From NCBI GenBank assembly GCA_005882775.1, contig VBDY01000121.1:2440-66439 (forward strand): 64,000 bases of DNA, written 5' to 3'. This DNA is from Chloroflexota bacterium (GTDB taxonomy: Bacteria > Chloroflexota > Dormibacteria > CF-121). Position 1 is the first letter of the stretch; each line of letters begins with the position of its first letter. Under the pieces are notes generated by a model that was not told the DNA's origin, searched no databases, and saw only the letters and a list, made by a program, of their open reading frames with translations. Below are positions 39,215 through 48,646 of the stretch, piece by piece. A program made the translations under genes and the position numbers.

Positions 39215-39598
39215 GTGATAGCAGTGGCCCTGGGCATCCTCGTGGTTCCGCTTGCCCTGCTGATCAAGGGCGGCCCGGCTACCACTGGGGGGAATCAGAC
39301 CTTGCTCGCGCCCACCATTTGCGCCAGCGCCAGCCCGAGCGGCAGCGCCAGCCCGAGCGGCAGCGCCAGCGCGAGCAGGTCCGCGAGTCCCACACCCAGT
39401 CCGTCGGCCAGCCCATCCGCCAGCGGAAGCCCGGCTGCCAGCGGCAGCGCCAGTCCGACCGCGGTAACCGCGGCGAGCCCCACGGCGACGCCGTGCCTGA
39501 CTCCGAGCGCCTCGGTCAGTGGTTCGGCTTCCCCGCTCACGTCGGCCAGCGCGAGCCGCAGCCCTTCCGCCAGCGCCTCACCCTCTCCTAGCCGCTAA
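39215..39598 (+). CDS. membrane-anchored Ser/Ala/Pro/Gly low-complexity protein
   Basis: N-terminal TM (IAVALGILVVPLALLI), followed only by about 100 aa of ASPSGS/SASPTPSPS-type repeats. GTG start. Confidence 0.5.
   Translation: MIAVALGILVVPLALLIKGGPATTGGNQTLLAPTICASASPSGSASPSGSASASRSASPTPSPSASPSASGSPAASGSASPTAVTAASPTATPCLTPSASVSGSASPLTSASASRSPSASASPSPSR
39327..39362 (+). repeat. perfect 18-bp tandem duplication GCGCCAGCCCGAGCGGCA x2 (encodes ASPSGS), with degenerate copies on both sides
   Basis: Read directly: 39327-39344 is identical to 39345-39362. A partial third unit follows. Confidence 0.9.
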
Positions 39599-39619
39599 CC
39601 GCGCCCGGGCGCGCCGGGC

Positions 39620-40138
39620 TCAGCCGTGTCCAGTATCGAAGAGGACGATCGAGCCGTTGCGCTGTACCACCTGGTTTCGGAGGATCTCCAGCTCGGCGAG
39701 CACGCGAGACTCGTGGACCACGGCCAGCTCGATATTGTCCCGCAGCGCCAGTCCGCCGATCCGGACGCAGTCCTTCAAGAAGGGAAACACCAGGGGGCGC
39801 ACCAGGTTGGCGAGGTAGCGCTGCTCGGTCTCGCGGTCCTCGCGCGACTGATGCAGGCTCTCGTCGTGGAAGGCCAGGATGAAGATTTCGTCGCTAAGGG
39901 GGATCAGGTCGGTCCACGTATACGCCTCGTCGGGCGCATCCGGAATCAGGGCCGGCTTCTGGCGGAAGAGTTCCAGTCGCGATTGGAGCATCTTCATCGG
40001 CCCCGACGGGCCTTCGATGATGAATGGCACATCCTTCAAGGGTCCCTGCGCGGCCTGGGCTGGATATCGAGTGCTGAAGCCGACGTCGGGGCTTCCGGCA
40101 AAGGGGGCCGGGACCTTGATCACCAGCTCCTGGAGCAC
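39620..40138 (-). CDS. hypothetical protein (172 aa) downstream of polX
   Basis: GTG start preceded by GAGGAAAG. Good codon usage, soluble, no domain recognised. Confidence 0.55.
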   Translation of the reverse strand: MLQELVIKVPAPFAGSPDVGFSTRYPAQAAQGPLKDVPFIIEGPSGPMKMLQSRLELFRQKPALIPDAPDEAYTWTDLIPLSDEIFILAFHDESLHQSREDRETEQRYLANLVRPLVFPFLKDCVRIGGLALRDNIELAVVHESRVLAELEILRNQVVQRNGSIVLFDTGHG

Positions 40139-40186
40139 CTTTCCTCAGATCTCCTTCTGCTCTTAATTATATGGTTGCTATCAAGT

Positions 40187-41932
40187 TCAACGGAAATTGG
40201 CTATGGCTCTTGCGGCCTTGGCCGCCGCGTGCTCGAGGACTCCGCCGGCGTCTCTCGTATTCAGCACCTGCTTTGGTGTCAAGCCGGCCCTCCGGGCGAT
40301 CGCGCACCCGAAACGCGCCCCCTCGAGTTCGGCCGGGTAATGCGCATCCGAGTCGACGACCAGGAGCGCCCCCGCCTCCCGTGCCCGCCGGGCCCAGGTG
40401 TCGTTCAGGTCGAGGCGCCAGGCGCTGCCGTTGATCTCCAGCGCGGTGCCAGTCCGGACGGCCTCGGCAATCACCGCCTCCAGATCGACGCTGGTTTCAC
40501 CGCGCCGGTCGAGGCGCCGGCAGGTTGGATGGCCAAGGATGTCCACGTGGGGCGAACGCAGGGCCGACAGCACCCGCTGGGTCATGACCTCAGTTGGTTG
40601 ATCGAGGGCAGTGTGGACCGAGGCGACCACCACGTCAAGCGCCGCCAGGCAATCGTCCGGGAGGTCCAGGCTCCCGTCTGGCAGGATGTCGACCTCGGCG
40701 CCGCTGAGGACCCGAAAGTCGGGCATCTGGGCGTTTACTCGCGCGATCTCCTCCGAGCGCTGGGCAAAGCGCTCCGGCGTCAGTCCCTCTGCGATCTGGA
40801 GGGACTGGCTGTGGTCGGTCATGCCCAGGTAACGGTAGCCACGGCCCCGGGCAGCCTGGGCCATGACGGCGATCTCGTTACGGCCGTCGCTCCAGTTACT
40901 GTGGGCGTGCAGGTCGCCACGCAGGTCGGCCTCCTGGACCAGCGCGGGCAGATCCCCGCGGCCGGCCGCCTCGATCTCGCCCCAACCTTCGCGGAGCTCC
41001 GGTGGGATCCAGGCACACCCGACCGCGGCGTAAATCTCCTCCTCGGTCTCGCCGCCCAAGCGGGTGCCGTCCTCTCGAAAGACGCCGTACTCGTTTATCT
41101 TCAGCCTCCCCATTTTTTCCGACCTACCCCGGAGCTGGACGTTATGGGCTTGCGAGCCGGTGAAGTATTGCCAGGCCGCCCCGAAGCTCTCGGGCTTGAC
41201 CGCCCGCAGGTCGACCTGCATCCCGGACCGGACCCGGATGCTGGACTTGGTATCGCCCTGTGCGATGACGTCCTGTACCTGGGGCAGGGTCGCGAACTGC
41301 CGGGTGACGCCATCCGGGTCGTCGCTCGCCACCAGCAGGTCGAGGTCGCGCACGGTCTCCCGGGCCCGGCGGAGACTGCCTGCCACCTCGGCCCGACGGA
41401 CTCCCGGCAAGGCTCGAAGCGTCGTCAGGAAGGATTCGGCAAGCAGCCAAGCCTGTGGAAAGAAGATCCGGCCCTCGCGTCGTTTGAGCATGGCGATGCC
41501 GCCCAGGATGTTCTCCTCCGTTTTCGCCTTGATGCCCCTCACCTTTTGAAGGCGATGTGTCACCGCCGCCTGCTCCAGCGCATCCAGGCTCATGATCCCG
41601 AGCGCGTCGTAGATGTCTTTGGCGGTGCGTGGCCCCAGCCCCGGCACCCGGGTCAGCTCGAGGAGCGCGGGCGGCACCTCCGCCTCCAGCCTGGTCAAGA
41701 AGTCCAGCTCGCCTGAGGTCACGAACTCCCCGATTTTCTGCTCGATCGCTGCGCCGATGCCGGGCACGTCCTTGAGCTTGCCCTGGCGGAGCAGTTCCTC
41801 CACGTCGGTGGTCAGGTTGTCCACCTGCCGCACCGCCTCCCGGTAGGCGCGAATCTTGAAGAAGTTCTCGCCCTTGATCTCGAGCAGATCCGCGATCCGG
41901 GAGAGCATCGCCGCCACCTCAGCGTTCTTCAT
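40187..41932 (-). CDS. polX: DNA polymerase X family protein with C-terminal PHP phosphoesterase domain
   Basis: N-terminus MKNAEVAAMLSRIADLLEIKGENFFKIRAYREA (8-kDa/HhH domain). PHP motif GDLHAHSNWSDG...MTDHS. An alternative GTG start at 41944 adds 4 codons. Confidence 0.9.
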   Translation of the reverse strand: MKNAEVAAMLSRIADLLEIKGENFFKIRAYREAVRQVDNLTTDVEELLRQGKLKDVPGIGAAIEQKIGEFVTSGELDFLTRLEAEVPPALLELTRVPGLGPRTAKDIYDALGIMSLDALEQAAVTHRLQKVRGIKAKTEENILGGIAMLKRREGRIFFPQAWLLAESFLTTLRALPGVRRAEVAGSLRRARETVRDLDLLVASDDPDGVTRQFATLPQVQDVIAQGDTKSSIRVRSGMQVDLRAVKPESFGAAWQYFTGSQAHNVQLRGRSEKMGRLKINEYGVFREDGTRLGGETEEEIYAAVGCAWIPPELREGWGEIEAAGRGDLPALVQEADLRGDLHAHSNWSDGRNEIAVMAQAARGRGYRYLGMTDHSQSLQIAEGLTPERFAQRSEEIARVNAQMPDFRVLSGAEVDILPDGSLDLPDDCLAALDVVVASVHTALDQPTEVMTQRVLSALRSPHVDILGHPTCRRLDRRGETSVDLEAVIAEAVRTGTALEINGSAWRLDLNDTWARRAREAGALLVVDSDAHYPAELEGARFGCAIARRAGLTPKQVLNTRDAGGVLEHAAAKAARAIANFR

Positions 41933-41958
41933 CTGGGCGTCCACGTCAAAATTAGCGG

Positions 41959-42981
41959 ATGCTCGACGGCATCCGTGTGCTCGACCTCTCGCGCCTGCTC
42001 CCTGGTGGACACTGCACCCGGATCCTCGCCGACATGGGAGCGGAGGTGATCAAGGTCGAAGAGCCCAGCCGGGGTGATCCCTTGCGTGCCCTGCCTGGGG
42101 GCGAGATCTATTTCCGGCAGCTCCACTGGGGCAAGCGAAGCATCGGCTTGCGACTCAACACCGCGCCTGGGGTCGGCGCACTCAAACGGCTGGTCGCCGC
42201 TGCCGACGTGCTGGTCGAGGGTTTTCGGCCTGGTGTGATGGAGCGCCGCGGGATCGGCTTCAGTGAGCTCGCGCTGGTCAATCCCAGGCTCGTCTACTGT
42301 GCGATCACAGGCTACGGCTCCACCGGCGCCCTGAAGCGTCGGGCGGGGCACGACCTGAGCTATCTCGCCCGCAGCGGCGTCCTTTCCTTGATGCCGAAGG
42401 CAAGCGGCGCTCCGGTGATTCCGGGGATCCAGGTGGCGGATCTGGCGGGCGGCCAGGCGGCGGTGGTTGCCATCCTGGGGGCGATCATCGAACGTGCCCG
42501 CACCGGCCGGGGCCAGCGGGTCGAAATCGCGATGGCTGCCGTGATGCGCGAATGGGGGGCGCTGTCCAATGAGGTGCGTCGTGCCGGGATCGCCGGCGTC
42601 GAGTTGACCGGCGGCTGGCCCTGCTACCACGTGTACCCGGTCAGGGACGGATTTCTGACCGTGGCGGCCCTGGAGCCGCCCTTCTGGGTCGAGTTCTGCC
42701 AGGCGATCGGACGGGAGGACCTGAGCTCCGCTCAGCGAGACCCGGCAGCCGTTGCCGAAGTGGAATCGGCACTGAAGCCCAGGACCAGGAGCGAGTGGGC
42801 GACCATCTTTGCCGACCGCGACGTATGTGTCGAGCCTGTCTTCGAGGCTGGCGAGATCCCGTCCACAGCCGTCGCGATTGCTCCGGCGGTCGGGCAGCAC
42901 ACGCGCGAGGTGCTGGAGGAGGCCGGCTTCAGTCCGTCAGAGATCACGGCAGTGTCCAGTCCGGCGCGAGCTGCGGGCTGA
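41959..42981 (+). CDS. class III (CaiB/BaiF-family) CoA-transferase / racemase-like
   Basis: GIRVLDLSRLLPGGHCTRILADMGAEVIKVE N-terminal signature. 340 aa. Confidence 0.85.
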   Translation: MLDGIRVLDLSRLLPGGHCTRILADMGAEVIKVEEPSRGDPLRALPGGEIYFRQLHWGKRSIGLRLNTAPGVGALKRLVAAADVLVEGFRPGVMERRGIGFSELALVNPRLVYCAITGYGSTGALKRRAGHDLSYLARSGVLSLMPKASGAPVIPGIQVADLAGGQAAVVAILGAIIERARTGRGQRVEIAMAAVMREWGALSNEVRRAGIAGVELTGGWPCYHVYPVRDGFLTVAALEPPFWVEFCQAIGREDLSSAQRDPAAVAEVESALKPRTRSEWATIFADRDVCVEPVFEAGEIPSTAVAIAPAVGQHTREVLEEAGFSPSEITAVSSPARAAG

Positions 42982-42990
42982 CCAGGCCTT

Positions 42991-44448
42991 TTACCAGGAG
43001 GTCGCGATGTACTTGGTCTCCAGGAACTCGAGTAGTCCGTCGTGCGCGCCTTCGCGGCCGAGTCCGCTCTGCTTGACGCCGCCGAAGGGAGCGGCCGGGT
43101 CGGAGATGAAGCCGCGGTTCAGGCCCACCATCCCGGACTCGATCGCCTCTGCCACCTTCAGGCCGCGGGCAAGATCCCGGCTGTAGACGTAGGCTGCCAG
43201 TCCGCGGTCGGTGCGATTGGCGAACTCGATGGCCTCTTCGACTGTTTTGAAGGTCACGACCGGTGCAATCGGACCGAAGATTTCCTCTTTGAGCATCTCC
43301 TCGTCGGGCGATACCTCGGCCAGCACGGTGGGAAGATAGAAAGAGCCTGGCCGATCCGGCGCGGATCCGCCGGTCAGCACCCGGGCGCCGTCGCCGATGG
43401 CCGACTTCACCAGGCCGGCCATCTTGTCTCGGGCAGGTGCGTTGATGACCGGTCCGACCTTGACACTCGGGTCGAGGCCCGGGCCGACCGGCATCGACCC
43501 CATCGACTTCGCCAGCATCGTGGAGAAGCGCTCAGCGACCCTGGCGTCAACGTAAAAACGGTTCGCGGCGATGCAGGATTGGCCGGTGTTTCGCATCTTG
43601 GCAATCAGGGCGCCCTCGAGCGCGGCATCCAGGTCCGCATCCTCCAGGACGATAAAAGGAGCATTCCCGCCCAGCTCCATCGAGCAGCTGACGACGTTCT
43701 CGGCCGCCTGCGCCAGCAGGATGCGTCCGACCTCGGTCGAGCCCGTGAAGGACAGCTTGCGGACGCGCGCATCCTTGAGCATCACTTTCACCACCTCGGA
43801 CGAACGCTTCGACGGAATCACGTTGACCACGCCCTTCGGCACCCCGGCCCGCTCTAGCAGGTCGGTCACCGCCAGTGCGCTGAGCGGCGTTTCTGAAGCC
43901 GGCTTGAGCACAACCGTGCAGCCGGCGGCCAGGGCTGGTCCGATCTTGCGGGTCGCCATGGCGGCGGGAAAGTTCCAGGGGGTGACCAGAACCGAGACCC
44001 CAACCGGCTGGTGCTCTACCAGGATCCGGTTCGCGCCGCTGGGCGCCACCGAAAGCGAGCCGACATTGCGCACTGCCTCCTCCGAAAACCAGCGGAAGAA
44101 CTCGGCTGCGTAAGCGACCTCGCCCCTGGCTTCGGCCAGGGTCTTGCCGTTCTCGCGCACCATTAGCTCAGCCAGCTTGTCCTGCTCGCGCATCATTAGG
44201 TCGAAGGTGCGCCGAAGGATCTCGGCCCGCTCGCGGGGTGCGCGTGCCGACCAGCCCCTCAGGGCGACGTGGGCGGCGCCCACCGCCTGGAGCGCGTCCT
44301 CGACCGAGCCACTCGCGACGGTTGTGATCACCTCGCCAGTAGCCGGGTCCTGGACGTCGATCCGCTGGCCGTCCGAGGCGGGACGCCATTCGCCGTCGAT
44401 GTACAGGTCGGTGTGGCGCACCGCGATCAGCTCGCTCACGGGTGTCAT
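42991..44448 (-). CDS. NAD(P)-dependent aldehyde dehydrogenase, succinate-semialdehyde dehydrogenase-like
   Basis: ELGGNAP (catalytic Glu) and GQSCIAANR (catalytic Cys) blocks. Overall GabD-like length (485 aa). Confidence 0.8.
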   Translation of the reverse strand: MTPVSELIAVRHTDLYIDGEWRPASDGQRIDVQDPATGEVITTVASGSVEDALQAVGAAHVALRGWSARAPRERAEILRRTFDLMMREQDKLAELMVRENGKTLAEARGEVAYAAEFFRWFSEEAVRNVGSLSVAPSGANRILVEHQPVGVSVLVTPWNFPAAMATRKIGPALAAGCTVVLKPASETPLSALAVTDLLERAGVPKGVVNVIPSKRSSEVVKVMLKDARVRKLSFTGSTEVGRILLAQAAENVVSCSMELGGNAPFIVLEDADLDAALEGALIAKMRNTGQSCIAANRFYVDARVAERFSTMLAKSMGSMPVGPGLDPSVKVGPVINAPARDKMAGLVKSAIGDGARVLTGGSAPDRPGSFYLPTVLAEVSPDEEMLKEEIFGPIAPVVTFKTVEEAIEFANRTDRGLAAYVYSRDLARGLKVAEAIESGMVGLNRGFISDPAAPFGGVKQSGLGREGAHDGLLEFLETKYIATSW

Positions 44449-45410
44449 CGCATGGCTCCTTTGACAGTGTTCACGATCCGGTCCACCGAGGGCATGGCCG
44501 CATCCTCCAGCACGTCCGCCGCCGGCAGCGGGACGTGCGGCGTAGTGATCCGCACGATCGGGCCGTCAAGGTCGTCGAAGCACTCGTCGGCGGCGATCGA
44601 CGCGATCTCCGCGCCCCAGCCGCACAATCTGGGATTCTCTTCCACCGTGAACAGTCGCCCGGTCTTTCTCACCTCTCCAAGGATAGTGCGGGTGTCGAGC
44701 GGCACCAGGCTTCGAACGTCGACGACGCCGGCATCGATGTCAAGACCGCTCAGCCGGTCGGCCGCCGTCAGCGCCTTCGGCACCATGGCTGCCAGGGCCA
44801 CGATCGTGCAGTCGCGGCCCGGCCGCCTGATCACCGCCGTCCCCAAAGGCTCCAGGTGCTCGCCATCCGGGACCTCGCCGGCCGTGCCGTAGAGCGACTT
44901 CTGCTCGAAGAACAGCACCGGATCAGGATCGCGGATTGCGGCTGCCAGCAGTCCCTTCGCATCCGCCGGGGTGGACGGGGCAAGCACCTTGAGCCCGGGG
45001 ACCGCCATCGCCCAGTTTTCGAGGCTCTGGGAGTGCTGGGCACCAAAGCGGGTGCCGCCCCCGTTTGCGGTTCGGATCACAAGGGGCAGGGAGACCTGCC
45101 CGCCCGTCATGTAGCGAGTCTTGGCCACCTGGTTGGCCACCATGTCCCAGCAGGTGGCCAGGAAGTCCGAGAACATTATTTCCACGATCGGCCGGAGTCC
45201 CGTCATGGCCGCGCCCATGGCCGCTCCCACGATCGCCTGCTCGGAGATCGGTGTATCGCGGACGCGTTCCGGACCGAACCGCTCCAACAGCCCAACGGTT
45301 GCCTTGAAGACTCCCCCGGCGGCGGCGACGTCCTCACCGATGAAGTAGACCAACGGGTCGCGCTCCATCTCCTGGGCGATCCCGGCCGCAACGGCCTCCC
45401 GAAAGGTCAA
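44445..45410 (-). CDS. 2-oxoacid dehydrogenase E1 component beta subunit (transketolase-like)
   Basis: With TTG 45410 the protein begins M-TFREAVAAGIAQEMERDPLVYFIGEDV (typical E1-beta N-terminus) and forms a TTGA overlap with the E1-alpha stop. The 388-aa ORF-track version runs into E1-alpha. Confidence 0.85.
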   Translation of the reverse strand: MTFREAVAAGIAQEMERDPLVYFIGEDVAAAGGVFKATVGLLERFGPERVRDTPISEQAIVGAAMGAAMTGLRPIVEIMFSDFLATCWDMVANQVAKTRYMTGGQVSLPLVIRTANGGGTRFGAQHSQSLENWAMAVPGLKVLAPSTPADAKGLLAAAIRDPDPVLFFEQKSLYGTAGEVPDGEHLEPLGTAVIRRPGRDCTIVALAAMVPKALTAADRLSGLDIDAGVVDVRSLVPLDTRTILGEVRKTGRLFTVEENPRLCGWGAEIASIAADECFDDLDGPIVRITTPHVPLPAADVLEDAAMPSVDRIVNTVKGAMR

Positions 45411-46414
45411 TTGCGCCAAGTCGAACCTCCGTCGGCCCAGACCTGAGCCTCGATCTCCTCCAGCGCGGCCGGCGGCCCCTGGCGGGCTTCCTCGGTCGCC
45501 TGGTCGACCTTTGCCTGAGCCTCCGAGTCGATCGGCGCCAGCGCGCCCTCGTCGATGCCTGCCGCCAGCAGGCGCTCCCGGTAGCGCTGCACGGGGTCGC
45601 GGCCCAACCACTCCCGCACCTCCGCCTCGGGCCGGTACCTGGCCGGGTCGGCGCGCGAGTGTCCACCGTGGCGGTAGGTAAGGGCTTCAACGAGCGACGG
45701 TCCCTTTCCGGTGCGGGCCTGTCCGATAGCTTTTACGGCCGTGTCGTACATCACGTCGGCGTCGTTGCCGTCCACCAGGATGGGCTCCAGGCCGTAGGCG
45801 GAGGCCCGGTCGGCGGCCGGGTGTTCGACCGCTGTCACCGAGCGGATGGGTGTGTACTCCATGTACTGGTTGTTCTCGCAGACGAACACGATCGGCAGCC
45901 TCCAGACAACTGCCAGGTTGAGCGCCTCGTGAAAGGTCCCGATATTGGTCGTCCCATCGCCGAAGAAGCAGACACTAACCTGTCCGGACCTACGGACCTG
46001 GGCCGACCAGGCTGCCCCGGCAGCGATTGGCAGGTGCGCCCCGACGATGGCGTACGAGCCCATCGCCCCGTGCGTCACGTCTGTCAGATGCATCGATCCG
46101 CCCTTCCCGTGCATCATCCCGTTGGCCCGGCCGAGGAGCTCCGCCATGGCGCCCGCCATCGATGCGCCCCGAGCCAGGGTATGACCGTGTCCGCGGTAAG
46201 TGCAGAAGGTGTAGTCGTCCTCTCGCATGGCCACGCCGAAGGCGGCGGCAATCGCTTCCTGGCCGAGGGCCAGGTGACTGGTGCCACGGACCAGGTTCTC
46301 CAGGAAGAGCTCGTAAGCGCGCTGCTCGAAATCCCTGAGCTCGACCATCAGCCGGTACAGCCGCAGCCGGGTGGACCGGTCGATGCCGCTCGGCGTGGTT
46401 GTCCTGGTGCTCAA
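45407..46414 (-). CDS. TPP-dependent 2-oxoacid dehydrogenase E1 component alpha subunit
   Basis: TPP motif GDGTTNIGTFHEALNLAVVWRLPIVFVCENN. 335 aa. TTGA overlap with the upstream M24 gene stop. Confidence 0.85.
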   Translation of the reverse strand: MSTRTTTPSGIDRSTRLRLYRLMVELRDFEQRAYELFLENLVRGTSHLALGQEAIAAAFGVAMREDDYTFCTYRGHGHTLARGASMAGAMAELLGRANGMMHGKGGSMHLTDVTHGAMGSYAIVGAHLPIAAGAAWSAQVRRSGQVSVCFFGDGTTNIGTFHEALNLAVVWRLPIVFVCENNQYMEYTPIRSVTAVEHPAADRASAYGLEPILVDGNDADVMYDTAVKAIGQARTGKGPSLVEALTYRHGGHSRADPARYRPEAEVREWLGRDPVQRYRERLLAAGIDEGALAPIDSEAQAKVDQATEEARQGPPAALEEIEAQVWADGGSTWRN

Positions 46415-47667
46415 TAGGCGTTTGCGATCACGAGGTTTTCGGCGGGGAAGAGGGTGATTACCTCGTGTCCGGATCTGGTGACGACGATCTCCTCCTCGAT
46501 CCGGGCGGCGGAGTGGCCATCGCTGGCCGGGCAGTATGTCTCGAGCGCGAAGACCATCCCTTCTCTGATCTCCACCGGGTGCTCGAGTGAGTTCAGCCGG
46601 CTGATGATGGGGCGCTCGTGCAGCGCCAGGCCGAGCCCGTGACCGAACTGAAGTCCGAAGGCCTCCATTTCGCTATCGAAACCGAAGTCCTGGGACCTGG
46701 GCCAGGCCCTGGCGATGGTGTCGGTGCTTACGCCCGGCTTGACCAGGTCGATGGCGGCGTCGATCCACTCGCGCGCCTTCTTGTACGCGTCCCGCTGGCT
46801 CTGAGTGGCACGGCCGACGTTGAAGGTCCGGTAGTAACAGGTCCGGTACCCGTTGTAGGACTGGATGATGTCGAAGAACGCCTGGTCGCCCGGCCGGATC
46901 AGCCGATCGGAAAAGACATGCGGGTGCGGGCTGCAGCGCTCGCCCGACACCGCGTTGATGGCCTCGACGTCGTCCGAGCCCATGTCGTAGAGCTGCTTGT
47001 TGGCGATCGCGACCAGCTCGTTCTCACGGATCCCGGGCTTGAGCGCTTCATAGATGGTCTGGTATACGCCGTCAACCAGGGCGGCGGACATGCTCAGCAA
47101 TATGATCTCGTCCTGCGACTTGATCTGCCGGGCGTCGAGCATTGCCTGCTGGCCATCAACCGCCTTGATCCCGCATTTTTCAAGTGCCGCGATCATTGGC
47201 ATCTCGGCAATATCGATCCCAAGGGGGTCGCCTGCGACCCCGGCCTCGCGCATGATCTCGAGCACGGTGCGGGCGACATCGTCGGAAAGGCCCGCCTCTG
47301 GCGCCACCGAGCCGCGGAGCCCGGTCATCCCTGCCCGGGAGTTCTCCGGCCGCAACCAGGGCGCGTGCAGGCGGTGCGCCTTGGCCGCTGACCCGAAGTC
47401 CCAGAGGATCGGTTCCCCGGTTTGTGTTAGCAAGGCATAGCGGGCCACCTTATCGCGCGCCCACTCGCCGATGGTGGTGCTGGTCAGGTAGCGGATGTTG
47501 TTCATGTCGAAGACGAGGATCGCGCCCAGCCCGGCGCTGGCAATAGCCTCTCGGGCCCGGCCAAGGCGATAGTCATGCAGGCGGCGGAAGTCGACGCGTT
47601 CCTCCCAATCGACATGCATCCGGCCCGGGGAGGGCACCGAGGTGACCGTGAACTCAGGCCTTGCCAT
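46411..47667 (-). CDS. M24-family (creatinase/prolidase fold) metallohydrolase
   Basis: N-terminal creatinase-type domain plus C-terminal pita-bread domain, with the HGLGLALHE and EEEIVVT metal-ligand blocks. 418 aa. Confidence 0.8.
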   Translation of the reverse strand: MARPEFTVTSVPSPGRMHVDWEERVDFRRLHDYRLGRAREAIASAGLGAILVFDMNNIRYLTSTTIGEWARDKVARYALLTQTGEPILWDFGSAAKAHRLHAPWLRPENSRAGMTGLRGSVAPEAGLSDDVARTVLEIMREAGVAGDPLGIDIAEMPMIAALEKCGIKAVDGQQAMLDARQIKSQDEIILLSMSAALVDGVYQTIYEALKPGIRENELVAIANKQLYDMGSDDVEAINAVSGERCSPHPHVFSDRLIRPGDQAFFDIIQSYNGYRTCYYRTFNVGRATQSQRDAYKKAREWIDAAIDLVKPGVSTDTIARAWPRSQDFGFDSEMEAFGLQFGHGLGLALHERPIISRLNSLEHPVEIREGMVFALETYCPASDGHSAARIEEEIVVTRSGHEVITLFPAENLVIANAY

Positions 47668-48637
47668 CGGGTCCTCCCGGATGGGCTGCCTCGAGGCCGT
47701 CCGCGACTTGACGCCGATCCGGCACCAGCCTGAAGTTCGCGCCCCGGGCCTCCAGCTCGAGCAAGGCCGCGAAGTCGAGATCGCCCAGCCCGTTGCCGAT
47801 CAGGTTCACGACTATCTGGTGGACGATCGCCGACAGCGGCAAGGGCACATTCAGCTCGCGTGCTGCTTTGAGCCCGAGCTCGAAGTCCTTGCGCAGGAGG
47901 TGGCCGGTGAAGGTAGGGGTGAAGTCCAGGTTGACCAGCGCCGGCGTCTTGTAGCGCGTGAAGGTCGATCCCATCACGCTGCCGTTGAGGAACTCGAGAT
48001 AGTCCGCCCGTGCGATGCCTCCGCGTTCGGCCAGCACCGTAGTCTCGGCCAGGACCTGGGTCACGACCCCGAGCACCAGGTTGTGGCAGATCTTCACCAG
48101 GCGCGCGCGTTCGCCCTCGCCGACATAGGTGACTCTCGCCCCCAACATCTCGAGGTAGGGAAGGGCCTCCTCGTAGGCGGACCTGGGTCCGGAGACGACA
48201 AGGGAAAGACGGCCAGAGCGCGCCACCTTCGGATTGCCACTCACCGGAGCGGCGAGGAGCGCGGTGCCCAGCCGTCCGGCCTTGCCTCGGACGGACTCCG
48301 AGACATCCATCGAAACCGTGGATGAATCGATCACGATCCCAGGTACCCGGCCACCGTTGGACAGCAGCCCCTCCGGCCCTGTGATGACCTCGGCGAAATC
48401 GTCCGAGCCCGCAACCGATGTGATCACGATCTCCCGGTCGGAAAGGTCAGCGGGGCGGTCGACGATCCGAGCACCAAGCCTGGCGAGAGGCTCGGCCTTC
48501 GAGCGGGTGCGGTTGTAGATGGTGACGTCGCAGCCGCGCTCGAGCAGGCGGGTGACCAGCGCGGTCCCCATGCGGCCCGTCCCGATCCAGCCCAGGGTGT
48601 GCTCGCGCAAACGTTTGCTTACAGTATCAGCCGTCAT
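47654..48637 (-). CDS. NAD(P)-dependent 3-hydroxyacid dehydrogenase (HIBADH/6PGDH-NAD-binding family)
   Basis: GWIGTGRMGTALVTRLLERGCDVTIYNRT Rossmann motif. 327 aa. Confidence 0.8.
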   Translation of the reverse strand: MTADTVSKRLREHTLGWIGTGRMGTALVTRLLERGCDVTIYNRTRSKAEPLARLGARIVDRPADLSDREIVITSVAGSDDFAEVITGPEGLLSNGGRVPGIVIDSSTVSMDVSESVRGKAGRLGTALLAAPVSGNPKVARSGRLSLVVSGPRSAYEEALPYLEMLGARVTYVGEGERARLVKICHNLVLGVVTQVLAETTVLAERGGIARADYLEFLNGSVMGSTFTRYKTPALVNLDFTPTFTGHLLRKDFELGLKAARELNVPLPLSAIVHQIVVNLIGNGLGDLDFAALLELEARGANFRLVPDRRQVADGLEAAHPGGPDGKA

Positions 48638-48646
48638 TTTCCCGTG

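Noticed and set aside
39295-39540. 81-aa minus-strand ORF (GLALPLAAGLPLADGLADGL...)
   Set aside because: It is the mirror-image translation of the Ser/Ala/Pro repeat DNA. It has no start context and is an artefact of the low-complexity repeat.
39626-41716. 696-aa ORF on the plus strand
   Set aside because: It lies entirely antisense to polX, which has clear HhH and PHP motifs. Its translation is Arg/Gly/Pro/Leu-rich low-information sequence, typical of shadow ORFs in GC-rich DNA.
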